From IMG/VR virus record IMGVR_UViG_3300037634_007921, positions 1-40,705 of that record: 40,705 bases of DNA, one strand, 5' to 3'. Position 1 is the first letter of the stretch. Every line of letters begins with the position of its first letter. The translations under genes and the position numbers were made by a program. This stretch comes from a virus (lineage: Duplodnaviria; Caudoviricetes). The notes below the pieces were generated by a model. The model was not told the DNA's origin. It searched no databases and worked only from the letters and a program-made list of their open reading frames with translations. This document shows, in pieces, positions 7,908-18,197 of this stretch.

Positions 7908-8577
7908 CAGAGAGGCAAAGCGGGAATTTCAGGAACACAAATTGTTCGATAAGCCGGCTTATGTCATCAACCCTCTTCCTGATGGGGTTTCTTTAGAATC
8001 GGTTCTAGGCCGTATCGAGCAGGAGTTGTCCCCCGCTTTAACTGCCAATTTTGACAATATTTATATTGGAGCATTCGATGAATTCTCGAAAAAGGGAAGA
8101 GCTTTGAATGCTTTGTATAAAGATAGGACCATCTATGTATCCAATCTTCAAGATAGCGAAAGTGATATGCTAGATGACATTGTGCATGAAATTGCCCACT
8201 CTTTAGAAGAGAGAAATTACGAGGAAATTTACGGTGATGAGCGATTAGAGAATGAGTTTTTAGGTAAAAGAAAATTCTTACACCATATCTTACCGGAAGA
8301 CAAGAGAGCCAATATGGTTTACTTTTTAAATCCGAGCTATGATGAGAATTTTGACATGTATCTTTATAAGGACTTAGGCTACGATATGCTGCGTACATTA
8401 ACGTCAGAGTTGTTCTATTCTCCATATGCAATCACCGCCTTAAAAGAATACTGGGCTAACGGGTTTGAAAATTATTTTTTACAAGACCGGGCAAAACTCC
8501 GGAGCATAAGTCCAGTGTTGTACCAAAAAATTAAAAATCTTGTTGATAACAAGAAGGAAGATAGAAATGAACTGTAA
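7882..8577 (+). CDS. Zincin-like metallopeptidase (HExxH)
   Basis: DIVHEIAHSLE plus downstream YAITALKEYWANGFE, resembling the lethal-factor-type Y...EY(F/W)AE arrangement; likely start ATG 7882 (MKKYIQE). Confidence 0.65.
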   Translation: MKKYIQENSREAKREFQEHKLFDKPAYVINPLPDGVSLESVLGRIEQELSPALTANFDNIYIGAFDEFSKKGRALNALYKDRTIYVSNLQDSESDMLDDIVHEIAHSLEERNYEEIYGDERLENEFLGKRKFLHHILPEDKRANMVYFLNPSYDENFDMYLYKDLGYDMLRTLTSELFYSPYAITALKEYWANGFENYFLQDRAKLRSISPVLYQKIKNLVDNKKEDRNEL

Positions 8578-8863
8578 AATAAAAGAAGCTGATGGTAAAC
8601 TGCTTGTAACGGCTACGATTGGAGCAGCCCGAAAAGGAGCAGCACCATCGCACATATCCACCGACGATATTTTAAAATGGCTAAGTCAAAACTACCCTAA
8701 GCATAAAAAATTAAATCTTGTACAAGAAGGTGCCGCCCATAATGCAGCGCTCAAAGCGCAGCGAACAGGGACATGGATCTTTTCACTGGCCCCTAAGAAA
8801 GCACAAAACCCTCCCAAAACAACTAAGACTTCACCCTCTAAGAGTAAAAAACCCACGAACTAG
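8567..8863 (+). CDS. Basic hypothetical protein
   Basis: ATG 8567 overlaps the upstream gene end; AAGGA SD; Lys/Pro/Thr-rich tail. Confidence 0.6.
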   Translation: MNCKIKEADGKLLVTATIGAARKGAAPSHISTDDILKWLSQNYPKHKKLNLVQEGAAHNAALKAQRTGTWIFSLAPKKAQNPPKTTKTSPSKSKKPTN

Positions 8864-8875
8864 AGAGTACGGAAA

Positions 8876-9676
8876 ATGGCACACATATCTTATTCAGAAT
8901 TAAAAGAGTGGGTAACTTGCCCATGGAAGCACAAGCTTAACTATATTGAAGGTCTTAGAAGGTTCAAAGGAAATGAATATACCGCTTTTGGGACTGCGCT
9001 GCACACTGTGTGCGAAAATCTAGTTCAGTTCCATGGCCCTGATGCTGCACCGGTTTTTGAGCCGAAGCAAATGTTTCAGGAGGAGTTCTTGAAAAACCTT
9101 CAAAAAATAAAGGCCGAAGATCCAGAGATCGAATACCGGGCAGACCTTATAATGAGTATGCGCGCCCAAGGAGAGACTCTCACTGATTATATCTTACCTG
9201 GTCTTAAAAAAACATTTGGAACCTTCGAGTTGGTGGCAGTCGAAGAACAACTTTACGACCCCATCGAAGGAAGTGACCTCAACTTTAAAGGTTTTATCGA
9301 TCTGGTTATCAAAACAAAGGATGGAATTACCCATATAATCGACTGGAAAACTTGTTCTTGGGGATGGGACAGTCGTCGACGCTCCGATAAAATGGTTACT
9401 TACCAATTAACTCTTTATAAGCACTTTTGGTGCGAAAAGCACGACGTCAGCCCTTCTAAAGTACAAACCCACTTTGCCCTCTTAAAGAGGACTGCAAAGT
9501 CTAACTTAGTAGAGATATTCGAAGTATCCAATGGTGCAAAAAAAGTTCAAAATGCTCTTAAATTGTTAAACAAAGCCCTCTATAATATTAAGAAGACTAA
9601 CTTTGTCAAGAACAAGCTTTCCTGTTATGGCAAATTTGGCAAGTGCGAATATTATAAAACAAAACATTGTACATGA
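8876..9676 (+). CDS. PD-(D/E)xK exonuclease, Cas4/RecB/AddB-like
   Basis: ISYS...CPWK, FGTALH, E, KGFIDL, IIDWKT, YQLTLY, and three C-terminal Cys completing a possible 4-Cys Fe-S staple. Confidence 0.88.
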   Translation: MAHISYSELKEWVTCPWKHKLNYIEGLRRFKGNEYTAFGTALHTVCENLVQFHGPDAAPVFEPKQMFQEEFLKNLQKIKAEDPEIEYRADLIMSMRAQGETLTDYILPGLKKTFGTFELVAVEEQLYDPIEGSDLNFKGFIDLVIKTKDGITHIIDWKTCSWGWDSRRRSDKMVTYQLTLYKHFWCEKHDVSPSKVQTHFALLKRTAKSNLVEIFEVSNGAKKVQNALKLLNKALYNIKKTNFVKNKLSCYGKFGKCEYYKTKHCT

Positions 9677-9683
9677 GGCGCAA

Positions 9684-10949
9684 ATGAGCAAAAAAATTAA
9701 AATCCTAACAATCAGCGATATGCCCCTGTCTCCATCCGGAGTGGGCACACAAACCAAATATATGATCGAGGCACTCTTAAAAACAGGCAAATATCAAGTG
9801 ATTAGCCTGGGGGGTGCGATCAAACACCCTAACTATGAACCCATTCGTACCGAGCAATACAAAGATGACTGGGTTATTATCCCGGTAGATGCTTATGGTT
9901 CACCGGATATGATTCGCTCTATTATGCGTACGGAAAAGCCTGATCTGTTGTGGTTTATGACGGATCCGCGCTTCTTTGGTTGGCTATGGGATATGGAGAA
10001 TGAAATTCGACCTAATATTCCAATGATTTATTATCACGTGTGGGATAACAAACCCTATCCCAATTATAATAAGCCTTTTTATGATTCTAACGATGTTATT
10101 CTTGCCATATCCAAACTCACAGAAGAAGTTGTTACAAATGTTTCACCAGATGTGGAATGTAAATATGTACCTCATTCGGTCAATACAGATATATTTAAAA
10201 AAATGCCCGAGGAAATGGTCCTCGACTTCAAGACTAAAGTACTGGGTGAAGACTTCGACAAAGATAAACTGATATTCTTCTGGAACAACAGAAACGCTCG
10301 AAGAAAGCAAAGTGGATCTTTGATTCATTGGTTTGCCAAGTTTTTGGAAAAAGTGGGAAAAGATAAAGCAACTTTGGTTATGCACACCGAAGTTCAGGAT
10401 CCAAATGGACAGAATCTGGATGCTATTGTAAAAAATCTCGGCCTTACCGAAGGAGAAGTATTTTTTAGCCAAGAGAAAGTCGACGCTCCACGCCTTGCGC
10501 TTATGTACAATGCGGCAGATTGTACAGTAAACATTTCGGACGCAGAGGGATTCGGCTTGGCAACGTTGGAATCTTTGGCTTGTGAAACTCCTATTATTGT
10601 CAATATGACAGGAGGTCTCCAAGAACAAGTGACTGACGGAGAGAATTGGTTCGGCGTTGGTCTAGAGCCAACGTCAAAAGCGATTATTGGCTCACAAGCG
10701 ATTCCATATATCTATGAAGATCGCCTCTCTGAAGAAGTAGTTGTCAATGCTTTTATAGAAATTTACAATAAAACCAAAGAAGAGCGTGAAGCTCTCGGCG
10801 CAGCCGGTAGAGAGCACGTGCAAAAAAATTATAATTTTGAAAACTATTGCGAACAATGGGATGTGATTATGACTGATATTCATGAAAGATTTGGATCTTG
10901 GCCAACACGATCAGGGCGCAAGACATGGACTATTAAGGAGGTGGCCTAG
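9684..10949 (+). CDS. Glycosyltransferase family 4 (GT-B)
   Basis: SGVG, VPHSV, NRNARRK, SDAEGFGLATLES, TGGLQEQ; start at ATG 9684 (MSKKIKILTISD). Confidence 0.9.
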   Translation: MSKKIKILTISDMPLSPSGVGTQTKYMIEALLKTGKYQVISLGGAIKHPNYEPIRTEQYKDDWVIIPVDAYGSPDMIRSIMRTEKPDLLWFMTDPRFFGWLWDMENEIRPNIPMIYYHVWDNKPYPNYNKPFYDSNDVILAISKLTEEVVTNVSPDVECKYVPHSVNTDIFKKMPEEMVLDFKTKVLGEDFDKDKLIFFWNNRNARRKQSGSLIHWFAKFLEKVGKDKATLVMHTEVQDPNGQNLDAIVKNLGLTEGEVFFSQEKVDAPRLALMYNAADCTVNISDAEGFGLATLESLACETPIIVNMTGGLQEQVTDGENWFGVGLEPTSKAIIGSQAIPYIYEDRLSEEVVVNAFIEIYNKTKEEREALGAAGREHVQKNYNFENYCEQWDVIMTDIHERFGSWPTRSGRKTWTIKEVA

Positions 10950-12254
10950 ATGGAGTTTACAACAAAAGTTTTAGTGAGAGGGCCAATGCTTACGCGAACT
11001 GGTTATGGCGAACACGCTCGCTCCGTTCTGCGTGCATTGCGTTTGATCGAAGGTGTTGAAATATTTGTGATGCCAACCCAATGGGGTCAATCGGCCTGGA
11101 TATGGGAAGATGACGATGAACGACAGTGGATAGATGAGTGCATAACAAAGACCGTCGCTTATAACGCGCAACAAGCTGCTGGATATGACCTAAGTATCCA
11201 AGTGGGAATTCCCAACGAATGGCAACGATATGCACCTGTTAATATTGGAGTTACTGCGGGAATTGAAACCACGAAAGTTGCCCCCATTTGGCTGGAAAAG
11301 GCCAATGTGATGGATCGTATCATTACAATCTCGGAACATTCAAAAGCAGGATTCACAGGCACAGTATATGAGGGCACTCATAAAGAGACAGGACAGCGAA
11401 TTAAATTGGAATGCAATACTCCAATTGATATTGTACACTACCCTGTAAAACATTACGAAGAAGTTGATCTAGGTTTTGATTTAGATACAGAATTTAATTT
11501 CTTAACAGTTGCACAATGGGGTCCTCGAAAAAATATAGAGGTGACAGTCCAATGGTTTGTAGAAGAATTCATCGACAATCCAGATGTGGGCCTGGTGGTA
11601 AAAACTTTCGCGAAAGGCGGATCTCTCATTGATAGAGTTCGTGCGGAAAACACCCTGAGTCAACTTTTGAACAAATATCCCAAACGACAGTGTAAGGTTT
11701 ATTTGTTGCACGGAGACATGTCAGAAGAGGAAATGCATTCTCTTTATAAACATCCCCAAATTAAATCTTTTGTCTCTTTGACACACGGAGAGGGATTTGG
11801 ATTACCTCATTTTGAAGCAGCGTACTCAGGACTTCCTGTTATTGCACCAGAGTGGAGCGGATATTTAGACTTCCTCTGTATGCCTAAAACTAATAAAAAA
11901 GGCAAAACAAAAGTAAAACCTTATTTTTCCACCGTTGAATATGAGATTTCACCAATTCAAAAGCATGCCGTTTGGGAAGGGGTGTTACAAGCAGATTCAA
12001 TGTGGGCCTATGCAGAACAAGGTTCTTATAAAATGCGATTGCGAGAGATGCATAAAGATTACGGCCGCTTTAAAAAGGATGCCACAGATTTACAGCAGTG
12101 GATCCACGAGAATTTCTCTCTCGAACAGCAATCCGAGAAAATGATTAATATTTTCAAGGACCATATCACTTGGCACGGCGCAGGCACTGATGACGAGTTG
12201 GATCTGGACGAATGGGTTGCCGAATTGGAATCTACTGCTGTAGCTTATGAATAA
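10950..12254 (+). CDS. Glycosyltransferase family 4 (GT-B)
   Basis: TGYGEHAR, RKN, THGEGFGLPHFEAAYSGLPVIAPEWSGYLDF; AAGGAGG SD. Confidence 0.9.
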   Translation: MEFTTKVLVRGPMLTRTGYGEHARSVLRALRLIEGVEIFVMPTQWGQSAWIWEDDDERQWIDECITKTVAYNAQQAAGYDLSIQVGIPNEWQRYAPVNIGVTAGIETTKVAPIWLEKANVMDRIITISEHSKAGFTGTVYEGTHKETGQRIKLECNTPIDIVHYPVKHYEEVDLGFDLDTEFNFLTVAQWGPRKNIEVTVQWFVEEFIDNPDVGLVVKTFAKGGSLIDRVRAENTLSQLLNKYPKRQCKVYLLHGDMSEEEMHSLYKHPQIKSFVSLTHGEGFGLPHFEAAYSGLPVIAPEWSGYLDFLCMPKTNKKGKTKVKPYFSTVEYEISPIQKHAVWEGVLQADSMWAYAEQGSYKMRLREMHKDYGRFKKDATDLQQWIHENFSLEQQSEKMINIFKDHITWHGAGTDDELDLDEWVAELESTAVAYE

Positions 12255-13086
12255 CTATGTTTTTATTGCAGACTTCTTTGTCGATCAAATTTTAGGCGGC
12301 GGCGAACTAAGCAATGAAGAGTTAATTCGAAAGCTCGGCGAGACGGACCATCTTACAAAAATAAATTCTCACCTAGCAACAGTAGATGTGCTTAAAGAAC
12401 ATGGAGATGCGCGGTTCATCGTCTCCAATTTTGTGAATCTTTCGGAAGCCTCCAAGCAGTTTTTACAGAACGAATGTCAATACACCATCTATGAACACGA
12501 TCACAAGTATTTACGGAATAGAAATCCTGCTGTTTATAGAGGCTATGTGGCGCCGCGCGGCGTTTTAATAAATGTGGATTTTTATAAAAACGCAAAAGCG
12601 GTGTTTTGTCAAAGCGGCTTTCATTCCACTATCGTTAAGAAAAATTTAAATATTGAAAATATTGTTAACTTGAGCGGTAATTTGTGGAGTCTTAAATCCC
12701 TAGACAAAATGCTAGAGTTTGCATCTAAAGATAAAAGAGATGCTTCGTCAATAATGTTTTCGGCTACGCCACACAAAAATACCGACGGGGCGAAATCATA
12801 TTGCCAGGAGAAAAAAATAAAATATTATTTAATTCCTCCGAACCCTCATGAGGAGTTCTTGGATCAATTAAGTGATAATAAAAGCTTTGTATTCTTTCCC
12901 AAAACCCCTGAAACACTTTCGCGGGTTATAGTTGAGGCACGAATGATGGGAATGTCAGTGGTTACAAATGGAAATGTCGGCGCAGCGCAGGAAGAATGGT
13001 TTTCTCTTAAAGGTGAGCCGCTTATCGAGCATATGCGCAATAAACGAACCGAGATTGTCGAAAAAGTTGCAGAGGTTTATAGCTAA
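12247..13086 (+). CDS. Short GT-B glycosyltransferase-like protein
   Basis: GGGE N-terminal motif and PETLSRVIVEARMMG (E-x7-E). Confidence 0.7.
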   Translation: MNNYVFIADFFVDQILGGGELSNEELIRKLGETDHLTKINSHLATVDVLKEHGDARFIVSNFVNLSEASKQFLQNECQYTIYEHDHKYLRNRNPAVYRGYVAPRGVLINVDFYKNAKAVFCQSGFHSTIVKKNLNIENIVNLSGNLWSLKSLDKMLEFASKDKRDASSIMFSATPHKNTDGAKSYCQEKKIKYYLIPPNPHEEFLDQLSDNKSFVFFPKTPETLSRVIVEARMMGMSVVTNGNVGAAQEEWFSLKGEPLIEHMRNKRTEIVEKVAEVYS

Positions 13087-13832
13087 TGAAGACGCATTTT
13101 AAAATTGTAGTACCAGTTTATAACGCGGAATCGTGGATCGCATTATGTCTCCGGAGCATTAAAGCTCAGACTTATACAAATTACGAATGCCTCGTTGTAG
13201 ACGATTTCTCTACAGACTTAACACGCGAAATCATCAAGCGGGAAATAGGCGATTCCTACCAGATTCGATTGATAGAGCCCATAGAAAGAGGTTATCCCCT
13301 GGGAAGCTTAAATTTAGCTATCGAGAGTGCTAAAATGGAGGATGAAGATGTCATCGCGGTACTCGACGGAGACGATTGGTTCGCACGCAAAGAAAGTCTG
13401 GAAATTCTGGCCAAAACCTACCAAGAAAAGAATTGTTCTTTGACTTATGGCAGTTATGTGGAATATCCGAGCAAGGTAAGAGGAAAGTTTGCAAAGAAGG
13501 TACCCGAGTTCATAATTGAAACGAAAGCTTTTAGACAATCGGAATGGATGACGAGCCACATGCGTACTTTTAAATACAAACTGTGGAAAAATATTAAAAA
13601 AGAAGATCTGTGTGATGACGATGGAAAGCTTTATAAAAGAGCGGGTGATATTGCGGCGATGTACCCCATGTTAGAAATGGCCGGCCCAAAGATAGAATAC
13701 GTTGAAGACGTCGTATATGTGTATAATCGCGCTAATCCTCTTAACGAGGACAAAGTTGATCACTCTGAGCAACTGCGCATTGAAGCCAAACTACGACAAG
13801 GAAAAAAATATAATACCCTGGAGGAGAACTAA
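13086..13832 (+). CDS. Glycosyltransferase family 2 (GT-A)
   Basis: VVPVYN, VVDDFSTD, LDGDDW. Confidence 0.9.
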   Translation: MKTHFKIVVPVYNAESWIALCLRSIKAQTYTNYECLVVDDFSTDLTREIIKREIGDSYQIRLIEPIERGYPLGSLNLAIESAKMEDEDVIAVLDGDDWFARKESLEILAKTYQEKNCSLTYGSYVEYPSKVRGKFAKKVPEFIIETKAFRQSEWMTSHMRTFKYKLWKNIKKEDLCDDDGKLYKRAGDIAAMYPMLEMAGPKIEYVEDVVYVYNRANPLNEDKVDHSEQLRIEAKLRQGKKYNTLEEN

Positions 13833-13834
13833 AG

Positions 13835-14701
13835 TTGAATTATTTTGATACAAATAAAAAATATCTTATTACAGGCGGTACCGGCTTTCTTGGGCAGAAA
13901 CTGGTAGAGGAGTTGTTGAGTCGAGGACTAAACCTTCGCATTATAGCTCGCAACGAGGGAAAGTTAATCGAGCTTAAACAAAAGCATCCTTCTATTGAAA
14001 TATACACTGGAGATATGTGCGATCCGTTTATTGCACATCAAGCATGCCAAGGGATTGATGGGGTTTATCACTTAGCTGCCTATAAACATGTAGGATTGGC
14101 AGAGAAGTTTTCTTATGAGTGTACACAATCCAACGTTGTGGCTTCTATGAATATTCTACAAGAGTCACTTCGCCGAACCGAGAAGTTCGATTTTGTGTTA
14201 GGCATAAGCACCGATAAAGCAGCGCAAGTTGCCGGAGTATACGGTGCCACAAAATATCTTATGGAGAGCCTATTCGTACAATTCGAAGCACTAAATCCCG
14301 AGACTCAGTACCGACTCGTGAGATACGGGAATGTACTATATTCAACAGGCTCAGTGCTGTGCAAGTGGAAGAAGCTGCTCCAAGAGGGGAATGAGGTCAT
14401 TGTGACCGCTCCCGAGGCAACTAGGTTCTTTTGGACACGAGATGAGGCTGTAAAACTAATTTTTGATTGTTTGGCGAATGCCACGTCTTCTTTCCCATAT
14501 GTGCCCGAAATGAAGTCGATGTCTATAGACAATCTTTTGAAAGCGATGGCTCAAAAGTATTTACCCGCCGGCGAAACCCTGCAGATCAAAACCATTGGTC
14601 TTCAACAAGGTGAGAACCTTCATGAGAAAATATTAGCTGATGGCAAATATTCTAATGAGGTTGAGCGTTTTACGGTCGAGGAAATATTGGAAAAGATTTA
14701 A
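13835..14701 (+). CDS. UDP-sugar 4,6-dehydratase (PseB/CapD, Polysacc_synt_2-like)
   Basis: TGGTGFLG, HLAAYKHV, STDKA, YGATK, RYGNV, TRF, GENLHE; TTG start with GGAGGAG SD. Confidence 0.85.
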   Translation: MNYFDTNKKYLITGGTGFLGQKLVEELLSRGLNLRIIARNEGKLIELKQKHPSIEIYTGDMCDPFIAHQACQGIDGVYHLAAYKHVGLAEKFSYECTQSNVVASMNILQESLRRTEKFDFVLGISTDKAAQVAGVYGATKYLMESLFVQFEALNPETQYRLVRYGNVLYSTGSVLCKWKKLLQEGNEVIVTAPEATRFFWTRDEAVKLIFDCLANATSSFPYVPEMKSMSIDNLLKAMAQKYLPAGETLQIKTIGLQQGENLHEKILADGKYSNEVERFTVEEILEKI

Positions 14702-14708
14702 AAATAAT

Positions 14709-16493
14709 ATGAACACTCCCGGTATATACATTCCCTGTTGCGATGATTCACTCCCTATTGTTAAAATAAGCTCTTATTTGTTTGACAAGTTTTGGCCCCA
14801 AGCCCAGGTTCATTTTCTGGGCTTTAAAACACCAGAGTTCGACTTTTATAATGAGAATCATACTTTTCATTCACTAGCGCCGGAACAAGTCGGCGGAGCT
14901 ACCTCTTGGACTCGTTACATCCATGATTTTATGAAAGATGTTGAAGAAGAGTTTGTCATCTTCTCTCTGGATGATTATCTTCTTTGTACCAAACCCGACA
15001 CGCAGATGATTGAAATAGCGCTAGGGTTGATGAAACGCACCGCCAAAATCGGGCGATTTGATCTTACGTTCGACACCCAGATCGAGGGTAACATTGCCCC
15101 AATGGGCAATGTTAAGGGCCTGATGGTGGTACATAAAAAGCCAAACGCCCCCTACCGCATTTCCACACAACCAGCAATTTGGAATCGTGATTTTCTCCTT
15201 CAGTTTCTCGATAATGACTGGAGCCCTTGGGATTTCGAGATTAAAGGATCTCAAAAGGCCGCTACAGAAAAGATGCCTAGCCAAACGGTGTCATTTTACG
15301 ATAGAGATCTTATTAGATATCCTATCCGAACCACAGCAAAGGGAGCGGTATCGCGCTTCAACCCGGGTAAGTTTAATGTATTGGGGCTAGCTCCCGAGAC
15401 AATCAAGGAACTAGTAGAAGAAGGCTTCTTTGAAGAGAAAGATTTGATCTGGGGACAGCATGCAAACAATCCACCCGCATTCTTTGAGAAAGAGGGTTAT
15501 GAATTCCATCCTTCGTTTTTAGATTTTCATCCAACCTCTCATACTCATTTTGAGGAGTATAACTGCATTTATGATGATCCCGAATCACCGCTTTTAACTG
15601 TCAACCTTTTCGACGCCAATTTTATCCATACCAAGGATCATCCGGATTTTGGTTACATAACAACACAAGGTGAAAAAGCGCCACGCGGGAAAAAGCTACG
15701 CTATATGGAAGGAAAGAAATATTTCCAAGAATACTCAGGCATTACAATCTTTACGGATCGATACTTGCGTCCCGATGTGATAAAGTCGGTAGACTCGCCA
15801 ATTAAGATAGGTTGGATTATGGAGCCCCCGGCTGTTCACCCATGGGCTTTTGATGCTGTCCCGAGTGTTCTCCCTGAATTGGACTATCTCTTTTCCTTCA
15901 GCAAGGAATTGGCGGATAAATATGAAAAATGCCGCCTTTTACCATTTTGCCACTTGCGGGTTCACCACGACGATTGGGGGGTCCACGAAAAAAGCAAGTT
16001 AGTGTCGATGGTCGCAAGTACCAAGAAGTGGACACCAGGACACATCCTCCGACACCACGTCGCCGACGAACTCGCAGAAAAGCATGCCATTGAGTTGTGG
16101 GGCGCCGCGTACAAAAGCTTCCCCCAGCACGGTAAAATATTTGCATTGAAAGATTATATGTTTAGCATTGTCATTCAGAATTGCCAATTAGATACCTTTT
16201 TTACTGATTTCATCGATCCTTTGATAGCGGGAACTATACCAATCTTCTGGGGGACTCGCGAAGTGAATAAACATTTTGATGAGAACGGCGCCATCTTCTT
16301 TGATACGCTTGAAGAGTTAGATGAAATTTTATCTAACTTAACCGAAGAAGACTATTATTCTCGCCTAGAGGCTGTAAAGAATAATTTTGAAACTGCAAAG
16401 AAGTATTGGCGAGCCGATGACCAACTGGCCGATCTGATTTATAAAACAGTTGATTTTGAAAAACTATATCCGAAAGCAAGGAGAACAAAATGA
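14709..16493 (+). CDS. Two-domain glycosyltransferase: N-terminal GT-A-like + C-terminal GT10 (fucosyltransferase)-like
   Basis: N-terminal SLDDY...STQPAIW...SPWDFE; C-terminal WIMEPP...DYMFSIVIQN...FFTD...GTIPIFWG...ENGAIFF. Start at ATG 14709. Confidence 0.7.
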   Translation: MNTPGIYIPCCDDSLPIVKISSYLFDKFWPQAQVHFLGFKTPEFDFYNENHTFHSLAPEQVGGATSWTRYIHDFMKDVEEEFVIFSLDDYLLCTKPDTQMIEIALGLMKRTAKIGRFDLTFDTQIEGNIAPMGNVKGLMVVHKKPNAPYRISTQPAIWNRDFLLQFLDNDWSPWDFEIKGSQKAATEKMPSQTVSFYDRDLIRYPIRTTAKGAVSRFNPGKFNVLGLAPETIKELVEEGFFEEKDLIWGQHANNPPAFFEKEGYEFHPSFLDFHPTSHTHFEEYNCIYDDPESPLLTVNLFDANFIHTKDHPDFGYITTQGEKAPRGKKLRYMEGKKYFQEYSGITIFTDRYLRPDVIKSVDSPIKIGWIMEPPAVHPWAFDAVPSVLPELDYLFSFSKELADKYEKCRLLPFCHLRVHHDDWGVHEKSKLVSMVASTKKWTPGHILRHHVADELAEKHAIELWGAAYKSFPQHGKIFALKDYMFSIVIQNCQLDTFFTDFIDPLIAGTIPIFWGTREVNKHFDENGAIFFDTLEELDEILSNLTEEDYYSRLEAVKNNFETAKKYWRADDQLADLIYKTVDFEKLYPKARRTK

Positions 16494-17275
16494 CACAAAT
16501 AAAATTTGACGGCGAATGGCATGCCGGTATTGTAGCAAACTTAGAGGATACATTTTTACAAGAATGTGTCAATATTTGCCACGACAAAGAGAAGCTTTTA
16601 AATTTTAAAAGAAATAATATTTTTTGCAAAGTTATCGGGAATGACATCCGACGTAAGGACATTTCTGACGTCTGGTATAACTTCCTTGAAAACACCGAAC
16701 TTATGGAAGACATAGCGAAATATAAGAACAATGATGCCGTAGGGAATCCTCTCTTTTACAGCTACGAGAAAACGGGAATGATTAGCCCCGGCACCCTGTG
16801 TTTTTTGTCGGTACTCCAGGACATTAAAACTCGCCTGGTCGATCCTAAAGATAAAAGAGTGTGCGAGATTGGAAGCGGCTATGGCGGCCAAGCTAATATT
16901 ATTTTAAAATACGGCGTAAAGTCAATGGACCTCATTGACAGACCACAGACTTTGGCATTAGCAAAAAAATATTTAAGTCTGTATAAACATTCCAATGTAT
17001 CGTTCCACAATACCGAGTCTATTGAGGCGAAAGAATACGACCTTGTGGTATCCAACTGGTGTCTCTCAGAGCTGGACCGCAAAGGGATGCAATTTTATAT
17101 CGATAATGTAATTAAAACTTGCAATCATGGCTATTTTTTGATAAACTTTAGAGACGAGAGCAAGCAACAGTGGATGATCGATGAATTAAGTAAAAACTTC
17201 TCTAAAGTAATATTAGAGGAAGAGAATCCACCTACCAATGAGATAAAGAATTATGTTTTGCTTTGCTCCAAATAA
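16490..17275 (+). CDS. SAM-dependent putative sugar O-methyltransferase
   Basis: VCEIGSGYGGQA motif I; DLVVSNWCLSE. Confidence 0.8.
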   Translation: MTQIKFDGEWHAGIVANLEDTFLQECVNICHDKEKLLNFKRNNIFCKVIGNDIRRKDISDVWYNFLENTELMEDIAKYKNNDAVGNPLFYSYEKTGMISPGTLCFLSVLQDIKTRLVDPKDKRVCEIGSGYGGQANIILKYGVKSMDLIDRPQTLALAKKYLSLYKHSNVSFHNTESIEAKEYDLVVSNWCLSELDRKGMQFYIDNVIKTCNHGYFLINFRDESKQQWMIDELSKNFSKVILEEENPPTNEIKNYVLLCSK

Positions 17276-17292
17276 ACCCGAAGAGGTGCAAC

Positions 17293-17709
17293 ATGAGTAA
17301 ATTAGAGAGAAAATACCTTCCTACTCTATCTGAACTAATCGACCGATTATCCATCGCCCAATTAAAAGAAGTTTTCATCCCCGACCATAAAGCAGAATAT
17401 GGGGAAGAGATTGGCGCCATCCTGCACGATATTGATTTGATTTTATCCTCCAAAGATACTATACTGGATGCAGAAGTGATACGCGCCGTGGTGGTGTTAT
17501 CGCAGATGAATTTGCATATTTGGCATAATGAATCAAATTACCGAAAAGGCATCAAGGATGGGAACAATCTTGAACTTACCCATGGCTTGAATGGCATTCG
17601 CAACACAGCCAAAAATCGCATACAAGAAATCGTAGGCGGCCGAAAAGACTACAAGATTGATTGTTTGGCCGCAGAGTTTAAAGATTGGGAAATCAGTTGG
17701 AAAAAATAA
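17293..17709 (+). CDS. Helical hypothetical protein in the sugar cluster
   Basis: TLSELIDRLSI...NLHIWHNE...NGIR helical pattern; GAGG SD before ATG 17293. Confidence 0.65.
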   Translation: MSKLERKYLPTLSELIDRLSIAQLKEVFIPDHKAEYGEEIGAILHDIDLILSSKDTILDAEVIRAVVVLSQMNLHIWHNESNYRKGIKDGNNLELTHGLNGIRNTAKNRIQEIVGGRKDYKIDCLAAEFKDWEISWKK

Positions 17710-18197
17710 AAGATGTGAAAGTTTTCACCCCTGATATCTATACTGATTACCGGGGCGATCTTTGGACTCTCTGGCATAAAGATAAAAAAAATTTTAATTT
17801 AGAGTTCAATCATGATAAAGTGTCCACATCCCGAAAGAACGTTCTGCGGGGGGTCCACGGCGACTTTAAGTCGTGGAAACTTGTGACTTGCCTATATGGC
17901 GATCTTTACTTTGTGGTGGTTGACAATCGTCCAAACTCGGATACTTTCCATCACTGGGATAGCATAGTTCTAGATGATAGGACTCGCAAGCAGGTTTTAA
18001 TACCTCCCGGAGTCGGTAACGGTTTCGAAGTCTTAAGCGAACAGTCTGTTTTCCACTACAAATGGGCATATCCCGGCGAATATCCGGATGTGGAAGATCA
18101 GTTTACTTTACTGTGGGATGACCCCACAATTAATATTAATTGGCCTATCGAGAATCCAATCTTGCAGGCGAGAGATAAAAGAGGAATTACAAAATGA
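17685..18197 (+). CDS. rmlC: NDP-4-keto-sugar 3,5-epimerase (RmlC family)
   Basis: DYRG, SRKNVLRGVH, KLVTCLYG, DNRPNSDTF, IPPGVGNGF, WDDPTININWP; the exact TTG start (17685 or 17697) is uncertain. Confidence 0.85.
   Translation: MGNQLEKIKDVKVFTPDIYTDYRGDLWTLWHKDKKNFNLEFNHDKVSTSRKNVLRGVHGDFKSWKLVTCLYGDLYFVVVDNRPNSDTFHHWDSIVLDDRTRKQVLIPPGVGNGFEVLSEQSVFHYKWAYPGEYPDVEDQFTLLWDDPTININWPIENPILQARDKRGITK

Noticed and set aside
8876-9676. CRISPR-Cas system suggested by the Cas4-like nuclease
   Set aside because: No repeat-spacer array or other cas genes seen; solo Cas4/RecB-like nucleases are common in phages.
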